Source of the DNA: a bacterium
GTDB taxonomy: Bacteria > ARS69
NCBI GenBank assembly: GCA_041393395.1
Contig: JAWKKG010000002.1
Location: 124,468-188,467, forward strand
Length of the DNA stretch: 64,000 nucleotides
Direction of reading: 5' to 3'
The position numbers and the translations under genes were made by a program. Shown one piece after another: positions 44,677 through 53,882 of the stretch. The notes under the pieces are model-generated. The model was given only the letters and a program-made list of their open reading frames with translations. It did no database searches and was not told where the DNA came from. The stretch's first letter is position 1. Every line of letters begins with the position of its first letter.

Positions 44677-46686
44677 TCAGCGGAGGGTCTCGCGCGGGGC
44701 GCCCGGCGGGTCGTAGGTCGCGACCATGCCGGGCAGCCGGTTCGCGGTGCTCGCATCGAGCGCCTCGGCCAGGACATCGCCGGGGAGATCCGCCGCGAGA
44801 TCGTGTCCGGTGAGCACGAGCAGCGTGGGGACGACGTCGAGAAGCGATCCGCTCTCGATCCGCGATCCCGGCGCGACTCCCTTGCCCTGCAGCACGATCG
44901 CTCCGGTGTCGCTCATCTGCGCGCTCTCGAGGACCTCGGATGCGCGCACGAGCTCGTCGACCGCGGCGCGTCCGCCCTGGAAGAGCACGAGGTCGTCGAA
45001 GTGGGTCGCCACCTCGGGGCGTACGGTGACGACGACGTTGCCCCACTCGTCCACGCGCGCCGAGAACGCGCGCGCGTCGCCGCGCGCGAGCCGCGCCGTC
45101 TCGAACAGACGCCGCACGCGTTCGCGGTTTCCTTCCTGACCCGGGTTCATGCGCACGTACGTGCGCGCGCCGAGATTGGTCGCTTCCACCGCGCCCTTCA
45201 GGCGCATCTCGCGCAGGAGCGGTTCCACCTTGAGGGAGAGCGTGCGCCGCGAAGCGTCCGAGACCGCCTCCGCGCCGTGATCCGAGAGGATGATCACGAG
45301 GTCGTTCGGCTCCGTCTCGGAGAGAATGCGACCCAGGAAATCGTCGCAGATGCGGTACGCCTCCTGCACGCTGTCTCCGTAGCGCGCGACGTCGTCCGGC
45401 GAGATGCCCGGGAACTCCGTGGGGTCGTAGTACTTCCAGAAGTACGACTGCGCCACGTGCACGATGTTCGTGTAGTACGCGGCGAAGTCCACCGGGCGCT
45501 GGCGGCGGAGCTCCGCGAAGTAGTCGCAATTCAGCTTCGCGCGGAGCTTGCGGCGCGTGAACAGCCGCGCCGTGTCGAGCGAGCGACCGTGGACGACGTC
45601 GGAACCGATCTCCTGGCCGGCCGCGATCAACGTCGAGAGGCGCACACCCCACCGGATCCCCAGGAACGCGAAGCGACAGTACCGGCCCCAGGTCCGGTCG
45701 CGTCTCGTCTTCTCGCTCATCGCGAGCTCGCGAATGAAGCTCGCCTCGACGGGCCACGTCTCGGTGCCCGGATCCGACACGGCGGGCACGACGAACCCGT
45801 CCGTCCGTTGCGGGGGCGCGGTCACCGGCCAGCCGAACAGCCCGACGGACCATCCGCGATCTCCGAGGATGTCCCAGATGCGCGAGACCTGGACGTCCTC
45901 GGCGGTCTCGTTGAAGCCGTGGATCCCGTGCTCGTCGGGCATCTTGCCGCTCGCGATCGACGTCCACACCGCCGTCGCCATCGAGGGACGGAGCGACCGC
46001 ACGTCGCCCCACGCGCCTTCGCGGCGCAGCCGAACGAGGTTCGGCATTTCTCCGCGGTCGGCGAGATCCTCCACGACCTTCCAGGAGAGGCCGGGCATCG
46101 CGACCATCAACACGCGGGAACCGGGGGCCTTGCCGCGTCCCCACTCGGTCGCGCCGAGCACGACCGCGAGGACCGGAAGCACGAGGAGTGCGGGCCACAG
46201 CCACCAGCGCGAGCGCTTCGCCATCGCCCAGACCGCGAACGCGCCGATGAGCGCGAGGCCGGTCGCGAGCACGATCGCGCCGCCGTACCGCGCGAACTCC
46301 GAGGCGGAGAACGTGCCGAGGTAGGCGGGGAGCAGGGCCAGGCCGATGGGGAACGTCACGAATGCCGTCGCGGTGCCGGCGAGCCATTCCAGCGCGCGCC
46401 GCGGATCCTCACTGGAGCCGATGTGCGCGAGGCGGTCCAGTCCGCGGCCCACGGTCAGACCGAGCAGTGCCCCGAGGGCGACGGGCAGCGCGAGGAACAC
46501 GCCGACTCCGTATCCCAGGTGATCGACGAAGCGGGGGTTCAGGAGAAGTGTCGCCGCGGCGAGCAACGAGGCGAAGAAGAGGGAGGCCGCGATTCCGGAG
46601 CGGGTGAGCTTCCAGAGCAAGGCGCATTTCTCCTGGAGACGGAATCGAGCCCAACGAGCGTAGCGAACCGGCCGTCGCCGCGTCAA
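44677..46686 (-). CDS. Membrane-anchored alkaline-phosphatase-superfamily protein, paralog 2
   Basis: N-terminal TM region; ...VLMVAMPGLSWKVVEDLADRGEMPNLVRL...AVWTSIASG...SDHGAE.... An alternative TTG start at 46620 has AGGAGA upstream. Confidence 0.7.
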   Translation of the reverse strand: MTRRRPVRYARWARFRLQEKCALLWKLTRSGIAASLFFASLLAAATLLLNPRFVDHLGYGVGVFLALPVALGALLGLTVGRGLDRLAHIGSSEDPRRALEWLAGTATAFVTFPIGLALLPAYLGTFSASEFARYGGAIVLATGLALIGAFAVWAMAKRSRWWLWPALLVLPVLAVVLGATEWGRGKAPGSRVLMVAMPGLSWKVVEDLADRGEMPNLVRLRREGAWGDVRSLRPSMATAVWTSIASGKMPDEHGIHGFNETAEDVQVSRIWDILGDRGWSVGLFGWPVTAPPQRTDGFVVPAVSDPGTETWPVEASFIRELAMSEKTRRDRTWGRYCRFAFLGIRWGVRLSTLIAAGQEIGSDVVHGRSLDTARLFTRRKLRAKLNCDYFAELRRQRPVDFAAYYTNIVHVAQSYFWKYYDPTEFPGISPDDVARYGDSVQEAYRICDDFLGRILSETEPNDLVIILSDHGAEAVSDASRRTLSLKVEPLLREMRLKGAVEATNLGARTYVRMNPGQEGNRERVRRLFETARLARGDARAFSARVDEWGNVVVTVRPEVATHFDDLVLFQGGRAAVDELVRASEVLESAQMSDTGAIVLQGKGVAPGSRIESGSLLDVVPTLLVLTGHDLAADLPGDVLAEALDASTANRLPGMVATYDPPGAPRETLR

Positions 46687-46754
46687 GGCGACCCCGGGAC
46701 GGTCGTCGGACCCGCGGCGGACCGAAACCCGGGCGAGGAATCCGTAGCGCGAGG

Positions 46755-48476
46755 CTAGTGGACGCGGACCGCCGGCTCCCAGGCGAGGGAGCGGATTCCG
46801 CCGAGCGATTCCGCCGTGAGCGCCCGTCGCACGCCGTGAGCGACCTCGTTCGCCGAGAGGCGCCGGATCTCACCCGAGCGGAGCAGGTCCAGGGCCGAGC
46901 GCTCGCGCGGATAGTGGACGAGGTCCACCTTCGTGTCCGGATCCAGGTCCGCGAGCTCCCGGGCGACGTCCAGCGCCTGCCAGAACGTCCCGAGATCGTC
47001 CACGAGCCCGCGCTCGAGCGCCTGGCCGCCGGTCCAGACCCGGCCGCCGGCGACGGCCTCGATCTCCTCCGGCGTCCGGCCGCGCGCGTCCGCGATGTCC
47101 GCGATCCAGCGGTCGTAGGTCGCGAGGTGGTCGCGCGCCACGAGGTCCCACTGCTCGGGCGTGAAGTCCGTGAGCTCCGAGAACAGGAGCGCGTTCGGCG
47201 CGTACGCGATCGTGTCGTGCGTGATGCCGAGCTTCTCGTACAGACCGCGGACGTTGAGCTTGCCCGTGAGCGAACCGATCGAGCCCGTGATGCCGTTGCG
47301 CGGGCAGACGATCCGGTTCGCGCGGAAGCTCATGGTGTATCCGGCGGATGCGGCCACGTCGGCCACGGAGACCACGACCGGCTTCTCGTCGCGCAGGCGC
47401 TGCACCGCGTGCGCAATCAGGTCCCCGCCGACGGTCGCGCCGCCGCCGGTGTCCCAGCGCAGGATGACGGCCTTCACGGAGTCGTCTTCGCGGGCGTCTT
47501 CCAGGTCGTCGACGATCCGGTCCGGGCCGAGGGTGAGCCCCACGACCGTGTCGAAGCGATCGTCGCCGTTCGCCGCCACGAATCCCTGCGCGTGCACGAC
47601 GGCGATCTTGTCGCGGCCGGCGAGCTTCACCGCGCGACGTTCCACGTGCGCGTACGCGGGCGAGGACACGGACGCCAGGTGCTTGTCCGTGCCCCGGCAG
47701 TGATCGGCGAGCTCGTCCCACCAGAGGAGTCCGTCCACCACGCCCGCGGCGAGCGCATCGTCGGCGCGGAGGATTCCGCGCGCGCGAAGGTCGCCGACGT
47801 CGTCCGCGTCGAGGCCGCGGTTCTTGTCCAGCACGCGCACGTAGGACGAATCGAGCTCGTCGAACAGCCAGGTCACGTTCTCGATCGCCTCGTCCGAGGA
47901 CTGCTTGCGCGTGAACAGCTCCACCGCGCTCTTGTAGGCGCCGATCGCGTGGAAGTTCGGCGTCACGTCGAGCAGATCGAACGTTCCCTTGAGGTGCTCG
48001 ATCTGCGCCGCGCGACCGAACGCGTACACCTCGCCGTTCGGCGCGAGGAAAACGCTGTCGCACTCGCTCGCGAGGTACAGCGCCGTCTCTCCGAACGACT
48101 CGGCGTGCGCATACACGGGCTTGCCGGCATCGCGCACGCGGCGGATGCCGGCGCGGATCTCGTCGAGCTTGCCGAGGCCGGCCGCGAATCCGTCGAGACG
48201 GAAGATCACGCCCGTGATGCGATCGTCCACCGCGGCCTTCTCGAGGTTCTCCGTGACCTCCATCAGGCAGGTGCGCGGATCGTCGAACAGCTCGCTGAGG
48301 GTGGGAGGCGTGTAGTACTCGAGCAGGCCGCCGTTCAGGCGAATCGTGAGCCAGGAGTCGTCGCGCGGACCGGTGTCTCCGAGCACCGCCACCGCGACGA
48401 GCGCCAGGGTCGGAACGATCACACAGAACGCGATTGCCAGGACAACCGCCACGAACGTGCGGAAGAACGCGAGCAT
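46755..48476 (-). CDS. sppA: Signal peptide peptidase SppA (protease IV, 67K type; tandem S49 domains)
   Basis: N-terminal TM anchor, two ClpP/crotonase-like S49 repeats, and the catalytic Ser region ...AASAGY...; 573 aa. Confidence 0.9.
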   Translation of the reverse strand: MLAFFRTFVAVVLAIAFCVIVPTLALVAVAVLGDTGPRDDSWLTIRLNGGLLEYYTPPTLSELFDDPRTCLMEVTENLEKAAVDDRITGVIFRLDGFAAGLGKLDEIRAGIRRVRDAGKPVYAHAESFGETALYLASECDSVFLAPNGEVYAFGRAAQIEHLKGTFDLLDVTPNFHAIGAYKSAVELFTRKQSSDEAIENVTWLFDELDSSYVRVLDKNRGLDADDVGDLRARGILRADDALAAGVVDGLLWWDELADHCRGTDKHLASVSSPAYAHVERRAVKLAGRDKIAVVHAQGFVAANGDDRFDTVVGLTLGPDRIVDDLEDAREDDSVKAVILRWDTGGGATVGGDLIAHAVQRLRDEKPVVVSVADVAASAGYTMSFRANRIVCPRNGITGSIGSLTGKLNVRGLYEKLGITHDTIAYAPNALLFSELTDFTPEQWDLVARDHLATYDRWIADIADARGRTPEEIEAVAGGRVWTGGQALERGLVDDLGTFWQALDVARELADLDPDTKVDLVHYPRERSALDLLRSGEIRRLSANEVAHGVRRALTAESLGGIRSLAWEPAVRVH

Positions 48477-48494
48477 TTGAGTCTCCTCGTGGCG

Positions 48495-49613
48495 CTAGGG
48501 CACGTCGGGAACGTCGCGCGTGCCGAAGCGCAGTCCGTGCAGCTGGACGCCGCGCCCCCGGATCCGGATCTCCAGATGATGCACGCCGAACGGCAGACCG
48601 CAAACGAGCTCGTAGACCCCGCCTCGTTCCACGAGCGCCCTCGTCGTGGGGCCGGCCTCGCCCGCTTCGTCGAGGTCCAGGTCGGCGCCGGCGAAGCGGG
48701 GTCCCGGCGTCGCGCCGTCCACGCGGATCTCGAGCTCGGGAATCTCGTCTCCCGAATCCGGCGGCGTTCCGAGCACCGCGAGCACGTCGGCGCCCTCGAA
48801 GACGATCGCGACCTGTCCCTCGTCGCTCCGCAGCTCGAGGTGGTCGGCGGCCGAGCCGAACGTGCCCTCGAGGTACGGGCGGCCCTCGGCGCGGAGGTCC
48901 GGCGGCGTCTCGAACGTCCGCTCCTCGGGCTCGGGCTCCCCGGGCTCGGCGAGTGCGAGTCCGCGGGTCCCGAAGCGGATCTCCGGTGTCGGGTACCAGC
49001 GCGGCGCGCCCGGGCGGCCGACGGCCGGGTCCGGCTCCAGGGTCGGCGGCAGGGGCTGCTCCGGACGGCCCTCGGACAGCAGGAGACGGATCGTGCTCTC
49101 CAGCTCGCCGAGCGTCTCGGCGCCCCGGCCGAGGGTCCGGAGATAGCCCTGGTGATCCACGAGGGCCCGGCAGGGCAGGTCGCCCGCGTTCCAGGCCCGG
49201 AAGACCTCGTAGGTGCGGTCCAGCGCGACCGGCCACGGGACGCCGAGGCGCCACAGCTCGCGGCGGACCGCCTCCGGGCTGCGCTCGAACTCGTAGGCCG
49301 GTACATGCACCCCGAGAACGGTGAGCCCCGCGTCGCCATAGCGGTCCGCGAGGGCCCGAAGGTGGCGGAGCCCGCCGACGCCGTCCGGGTCGCCGAGCGA
49401 GAGGAAGTCCACGAGGAGCGTCCGGCCCCGCAACGAGCCCAGGGCGAGGGGCTCCCCGGACCAGTCGGCGCCGTGCAGCGGCGGGGCCTCGATCTTGCCG
49501 GGACTCAGGAGCTTCAGGGTGGGCCTCCGGTGGCTGGTCCGGGCGCCGGCGGGTCTTCGCCGGCATCGTCCGGACCGTCGGGGGAACGTCCCGCCCGGGC
49601 GATCCCCCGTCAA
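48495..49613 (-). CDS. Thioredoxin-fold domain protein (redoxin-like, no CxxC) with a C-terminal extension
   Basis: ...TLLVDFLSLGDPDGVGGLRHLRALADRYGDAGLTVLGVHVPAYEF...WPVALD.... The start is uncertain; a TTG at 49613 is the nearest in-frame start upstream of the domain. The 5' remainder of the 628-aa ORF is rejected. Confidence 0.45.
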   Translation of the reverse strand: MTGDRPGGTFPRRSGRCRRRPAGARTSHRRPTLKLLSPGKIEAPPLHGADWSGEPLALGSLRGRTLLVDFLSLGDPDGVGGLRHLRALADRYGDAGLTVLGVHVPAYEFERSPEAVRRELWRLGVPWPVALDRTYEVFRAWNAGDLPCRALVDHQGYLRTLGRGAETLGELESTIRLLLSEGRPEQPLPPTLEPDPAVGRPGAPRWYPTPEIRFGTRGLALAEPGEPEPEERTFETPPDLRAEGRPYLEGTFGSAADHLELRSDEGQVAIVFEGADVLAVLGTPPDSGDEIPELEIRVDGATPGPRFAGADLDLDEAGEAGPTTRALVERGGVYELVCGLPFGVHHLEIRIRGRGVQLHGLRFGTRDVPDVP

Positions 49614-49727
49614 GACTTGTCGAAACCCGCCGATATAACCGGTGACCCCGCGACAGACATCGTGAAGCGCAGCGCAACGGGGAAGACGAATCTCTCTCGG
49701 GACCCGAGATCGGAGGTTGGACCCGCA

Positions 49728-50402
49728 ATGATCACCACGCGTTCCCGGTCTTCCAAGGACGCGGGCTTCACGATGCTCGAGCTGATCGTGGTCGTCGCCG
49801 CGATCGCGATTCTCGCGGCGATCCTGACGCCCATGGTGCTGAAGCTCATCGACGACTCGCGCATCACCCGCGCCAAGAGCGAGACCGAGTCGATCGCGGT
49901 GGCGCTCTCGGCGCTGTACAAGGACACGGCCCAGTGGCCGTACACGAATGCGAACGGTCCGTCCGGCAACTCCGTCAGCCGGCTGATCGGTTCCACGAAC
50001 GTCGCCACGGGCGCGGCGACCGGCGCGGGCGCCGGCGCGGCGAACTGGGGCACGTACGGGACGTCGAAGCCTCTCGGCGACTTCCTGTACTGGAACAACC
50101 CGGACGACAACTCCAGCGCCACCGGCAGCAATGCGGACGAGTCGCAGGACTACGCGACCACCGGCGAGGCCGCGTGGAAGGGCCCGTACCTCGACGCCTA
50201 CGACGTCGAGGATCCGTGGGGCCACGCGTACGTCGTGAACGTGCGCTACCTCCCGGGCGGCTCGTACGGCGGGGCCGTGCGACACAAGGTCATGGTCCTG
50301 TCGGCCGGTCCCGACGGACGCTGGTCCACGCCGTTCTCCGACGCGACGACCGAGACCATCATGGGCGACGACATCGGCCACGTGGTGTACGTCCGGAACT
50401 AG
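49728..50402 (+). CDS. Prepilin-type N-terminal cleavage/methylation domain protein (type IV pilin/T2SS pseudopilin-like)
   Basis: GGAGG RBS. Class III signal ...SSKDAG|FTMLELIVVVAAIAILAAIL. 224 aa. It sits in frame at the end of a long spurious ORF. Confidence 0.75.
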   Translation: MITTRSRSSKDAGFTMLELIVVVAAIAILAAILTPMVLKLIDDSRITRAKSETESIAVALSALYKDTAQWPYTNANGPSGNSVSRLIGSTNVATGAATGAGAGAANWGTYGTSKPLGDFLYWNNPDDNSSATGSNADESQDYATTGEAAWKGPYLDAYDVEDPWGHAYVVNVRYLPGGSYGGAVRHKVMVLSAGPDGRWSTPFSDATTETIMGDDIGHVVYVRN

Positions 50403-50508
50403 CGGGAGCGCGGTCCGAGAGAGTCGTCGGCGCGGGAAAGAGCCGGCGAGGGAGACGCGGGTCGTCGGGAGACGGCCCGCGTTTCGTTTGGGGGACGACG
50501 GCGGCCGA

Positions 50509-51333
50509 CTAGATGCCCACCACCACGAGCGCCAGCACCACGAAGCCGAGCACCGCGTTGATCCGGAAGAACGCGAGGTCCACGCGGTGCGCCTGCCAGT
50601 GCTCCACCGCGAGGAGAGTGCCGACGGCCGCGAGGGCGACCAGCGCGAGCGGCCCCGAGAGCCATCCGATCGTTAGCCACGCGAGCACCCCGAACGCCAC
50701 GACGTGCACGGCGGCCGCGACCCGGAGCGCCGCCGCTCGGCCCAGCGCCGCGGGAATCGAGCGCAGTCCCTCGCGCCGGTCGAACTCGAGATCGAGCGTG
50801 GCGTAGATGATGTCGAAGCCCGCCACCCACAGCCACGTGAAGATCGCCAGCAGGTGAACCGGCCCGAACGGCAGCACCGAGTTCGTGACCGCGACGTACG
50901 CGCCGATCGGTCCGAACCCGAGCCCGGCGCCGACCCCGAAGTGCGCGAGCGGCGTGAACCGTTTCATCAGCGGGTAGAGCACGAAGATCGCGAGCGGGAT
51001 CGGCAGCAGCTTCAGGCACAGCGGCGGCAACGCCAGCACCGCGCCGACGAACATCGCGAGGCCGATCGCCGCCACCGCGATCGCCGCCCCGAGCGTCATG
51101 CGCCCGGACGGCAGCTCCCGGCTCGCCGTGCGGGGGTTCCGGGCGTCGATGTCGCGGTCCAGGATGCGGTTCAGTGCCATCGCGAGCGTGCGGGCGCCCG
51201 TGCCGGCCACGAGGATCCACACGAGCGGCATCACGGGTGGCCACCCGCCGGCGCCCAGCACCGCGCCGGCCAGCAGCAGCGGCAGCGAGAAGAGCGTGTG
51301 CTCGAACTTCACGAAGTCCAAAAGCTTGCGCAT
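50509..51333 (-). CDS. UbiA-family aromatic prenyltransferase
   Basis: NRILDRDIDARNPRT (NxxxDxxxD motif) and a second Asp-rich motif ...DIIYATLDLEFDR; about 8 TM helices; 274 aa from ATG 51333. Confidence 0.8.
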   Translation of the reverse strand: MRKLLDFVKFEHTLFSLPLLLAGAVLGAGGWPPVMPLVWILVAGTGARTLAMALNRILDRDIDARNPRTASRELPSGRMTLGAAIAVAAIGLAMFVGAVLALPPLCLKLLPIPLAIFVLYPLMKRFTPLAHFGVGAGLGFGPIGAYVAVTNSVLPFGPVHLLAIFTWLWVAGFDIIYATLDLEFDRREGLRSIPAALGRAAALRVAAAVHVVAFGVLAWLTIGWLSGPLALVALAAVGTLLAVEHWQAHRVDLAFFRINAVLGFVVLALVVVGI

Positions 51334-51440
51334 GGTCCGCAGGATACCCGGGAAGCTGCTATTCTGGAACATCGCGGCCGGAAGCCCCGTGCCCGCCCTG
51401 GTCCGCCGATTCTCCGAATCGGTCCCTCTCGAGGAGCCCG

Positions 51441-52448
51441 ATGGGCATCGATCGCCTGGCCCCCGTCCGAGACGTTCGCGAGGAGGCGGTCTCGTTCGAG
51501 ACCGTCCGCAAGGTGTTCGACCGCCACGTGGCGGTGGACGACCTCTCGTTCCGCGTGCCGCGCGGCACGATCTACGGCCTGCTCGGGCCGAACGGGGCGG
51601 GGAAGACCACGTCGATGCGGATGCTCATGGGCATCCTCGCGCCGGACGACGGGCGCATCCGGATCCTCGGCGAGTCGCCGGGCGAGGCCGTGCGCGAGCG
51701 CATCGGCTACCTGCCCGAGGAGCGCGGTCTCTATCCCACGATGAGCGTGATCGACAACCTGAAGTTCTTCGGGTCGATCCGCGGGCTGTCGGTGGGGGAG
51801 GCGCGGCGTCGCGCGACGGACTGGCTGCACCGCGTGCGCCTCGGCGGATCGGCCACGCGCAAGCTCGCGGAGCTCTCCAAGGGGAACCAGCAGAAGGTCC
51901 AGTTCGTGGCGGCGGTGCTGCACGACCCGGATCTCCTCGTGCTCGACGAGCCGTTCACCGGCCTCGACCCCGTGAACCAGGACCTGCTGCGCGCGCTCGT
52001 GCTCGAGCTCGCGACGCTCGGCAAGACCGTGATCCTGTCCACGCACCTCATGGACGAGGTCGAGCGGCTGTGCTCGCGGATCGCGCTCGTGAGCGGGGGA
52101 CGGGCGCTGGTGGAGGGGCCGCTGGCCGAGGTGAAACGTCGGCACGGGAGCGACACGCTCGCGGTGGACGTCGCGGGCGACGGGGCGGCGATCGAGTCGC
52201 ACCCGGACGTCGCGGAGCAACGTCGCCTCGGGAACTCGTTCGAGGTGCGGCTGCGGGACGGCGTGGATCCATCGGCGTGGCTGGCGGAGATCGCGGCACG
52301 CGTGCCGGTCACGCGCTTCGAGGTCCGCGCGCCGAGTCTGCACTCGATCTTCGTGAGCCTGGTCGGCGGGGACGCGCCGGCGTCCGTGGAGCCGGCGAAG
52401 TCGCCGGCCCGCGCCGGCCGCGCGTCGCAATCGGTGGAGGCGCCATGA
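51441..52448 (+). CDS. ABC transporter ATP-binding protein (ABC-2/DrrA-like)
   Basis: GAGGAG RBS. Walker A GPNGAGKTT, signature LSKGNQQK, Walker B LLVLDEP. 335 aa. Confidence 0.9.
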   Translation: MGIDRLAPVRDVREEAVSFETVRKVFDRHVAVDDLSFRVPRGTIYGLLGPNGAGKTTSMRMLMGILAPDDGRIRILGESPGEAVRERIGYLPEERGLYPTMSVIDNLKFFGSIRGLSVGEARRRATDWLHRVRLGGSATRKLAELSKGNQQKVQFVAAVLHDPDLLVLDEPFTGLDPVNQDLLRALVLELATLGKTVILSTHLMDEVERLCSRIALVSGGRALVEGPLAEVKRRHGSDTLAVDVAGDGAAIESHPDVAEQRRLGNSFEVRLRDGVDPSAWLAEIAARVPVTRFEVRAPSLHSIFVSLVGGDAPASVEPAKSPARAGRASQSVEAP

Positions 52449-53686
52449 GACTCCCGCAGGTGATGCGCATCGCGAAGCGCGAGTACGTGGAGAGCGTGCG
52501 CAAGAAGTCGTTCGTGTTCGGTCTGATCGCCACGCCGGTGCTGCTGCTGATGATGGTGGTGCTGCCGCTCGTGTCCGGTGCCCTGTTCGACGCGGACGAG
52601 GCGAGGATCGCCGTCGTGGATCCCACGGGCGAGATCGGGCCGCGGCTCGCCGGCACGGACTGGCCGAGCGGAGACGGCGCGCGCACGCGCTCCGAGTTCG
52701 TGGTGTACGAGAGCAATGCACCTTCTCCCGAGACGCTGGACGCGCTCGTGGCGGCCGGCGAGTACAGCGGCTGGCTGCGCGTGCCCGAGGACTTCGAGCA
52801 GACGGGCAAGTACGAGTACCGCAGCGAGTCGGTCACGAACGTGGCGCTCCTGCAGGCGCTGGAGACGCGACTCGATCAGCTCGCGGCGGAGCGGGAGGCG
52901 CGCCGTCTCGGGCTGGACGACGCGCAGGTCGAGCGCCTGCTCGCCGGCACGTCGCTGCGCACGATCCGTCTCGGCGCCGATGGAGCGTCCGAGGCCGACT
53001 TCACGCAGGTGTACCTGAAGGCCGTGGCGCTCGTGATGATCCTGTTCTTCGCGCTGATCCCCACCGGCCACATCCTCATGCGGTCCGTGATCGAGGAGAA
53101 GGCGAACCGCGTGATCGAGGTGCTCGTGTCCAGCGTGTCGCCGCTGGAGCTGATGACGGGGAAGGTGCTGGGCCTCGGTGCCGTGGGGCTCACGATGCTC
53201 GGCGTGTGGACGGTGGCGGGCACGCTGCTGTCGATCCGGTTCGGGCGCGCGCTGCCGGTCGCGGGCGGAGAGCTCGCGGTGTTCGCGGCGTTCTTCGTGC
53301 CCGGTTACTTCCTGTTCGCCGCGCTGCTCGGCGGCATCGGCTCGGTGTGCCGCACCGAGCGCGACGCGCAGCCGTTCCTCACGCCGATCTCGATGACGAT
53401 GCTGCTGCCGGTGATGATCGGGTTCGCGATCGCGCAGCAGCCGGATCACTGGCTCGCGCGCGCGCTCACGTTCTTTCCCCCGATGACGCCGAGCCTCGTG
53501 CTGTTCCGCTACGCGATCAAGCCGCCCCCGTTCGCGGAGATGGCCGCGGCGTGGGTCTTGCTCGTGGCGGGCACGGTGATCACGCTGATCGCGGCGTCGC
53601 GCGTGTTCCGCACCGGCATCCTCATGACGGGCAAGCGGCCGACGTTGCCGGAGCTGCTGCGCTGGGCGAGGGCGTCGGCGGGGTAG
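52445..53686 (+). CDS. ABC-2 family transporter permease
   Basis: ATG overlaps the ATPase stop (ATGA). N-terminal TM, a large extracytoplasmic loop, then 5 C-terminal TMs; 413 aa. Confidence 0.8.
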   Translation: MRLPQVMRIAKREYVESVRKKSFVFGLIATPVLLLMMVVLPLVSGALFDADEARIAVVDPTGEIGPRLAGTDWPSGDGARTRSEFVVYESNAPSPETLDALVAAGEYSGWLRVPEDFEQTGKYEYRSESVTNVALLQALETRLDQLAAEREARRLGLDDAQVERLLAGTSLRTIRLGADGASEADFTQVYLKAVALVMILFFALIPTGHILMRSVIEEKANRVIEVLVSSVSPLELMTGKVLGLGAVGLTMLGVWTVAGTLLSIRFGRALPVAGGELAVFAAFFVPGYFLFAALLGGIGSVCRTERDAQPFLTPISMTMLLPVMIGFAIAQQPDHWLARALTFFPPMTPSLVLFRYAIKPPPFAEMAAAWVLLVAGTVITLIAASRVFRTGILMTGKRPTLPELLRWARASAG

Positions 53687-53830
53687 GGTTCGGGAATCCC
53701 GGATGCCGACCCGAGGTCGGCTCGAATACGTTCATATCAATGGAGTCGACGTCCGGCGACTCCCCAGCGCGCCTCTCCCCCGCGCGCTCGCCGAGACTCC
53801 TTCCACGCTCGTTGCGGCCTCCGAGCGTCT

Positions 53831-53882
53831 GCGACCGGATCCGCCGGTCGCTACTGCCCTCCCTCCCGGGAGACGCAAGATG
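53831..53882 (+). promoter_or_regulatory. Conserved 5' leader, copy A: 8-bp-arm palindrome GCGACCGG-ATCCG-CCGGTCGC, a C-rich tract, SD inside the palindrome CTCCCGGGAG, and the ATG
   Basis: Near-identical over 52 bp to 59189..59240 (copy B), which sits upstream of the paralogous beta-helix gene. Confidence 0.55.
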
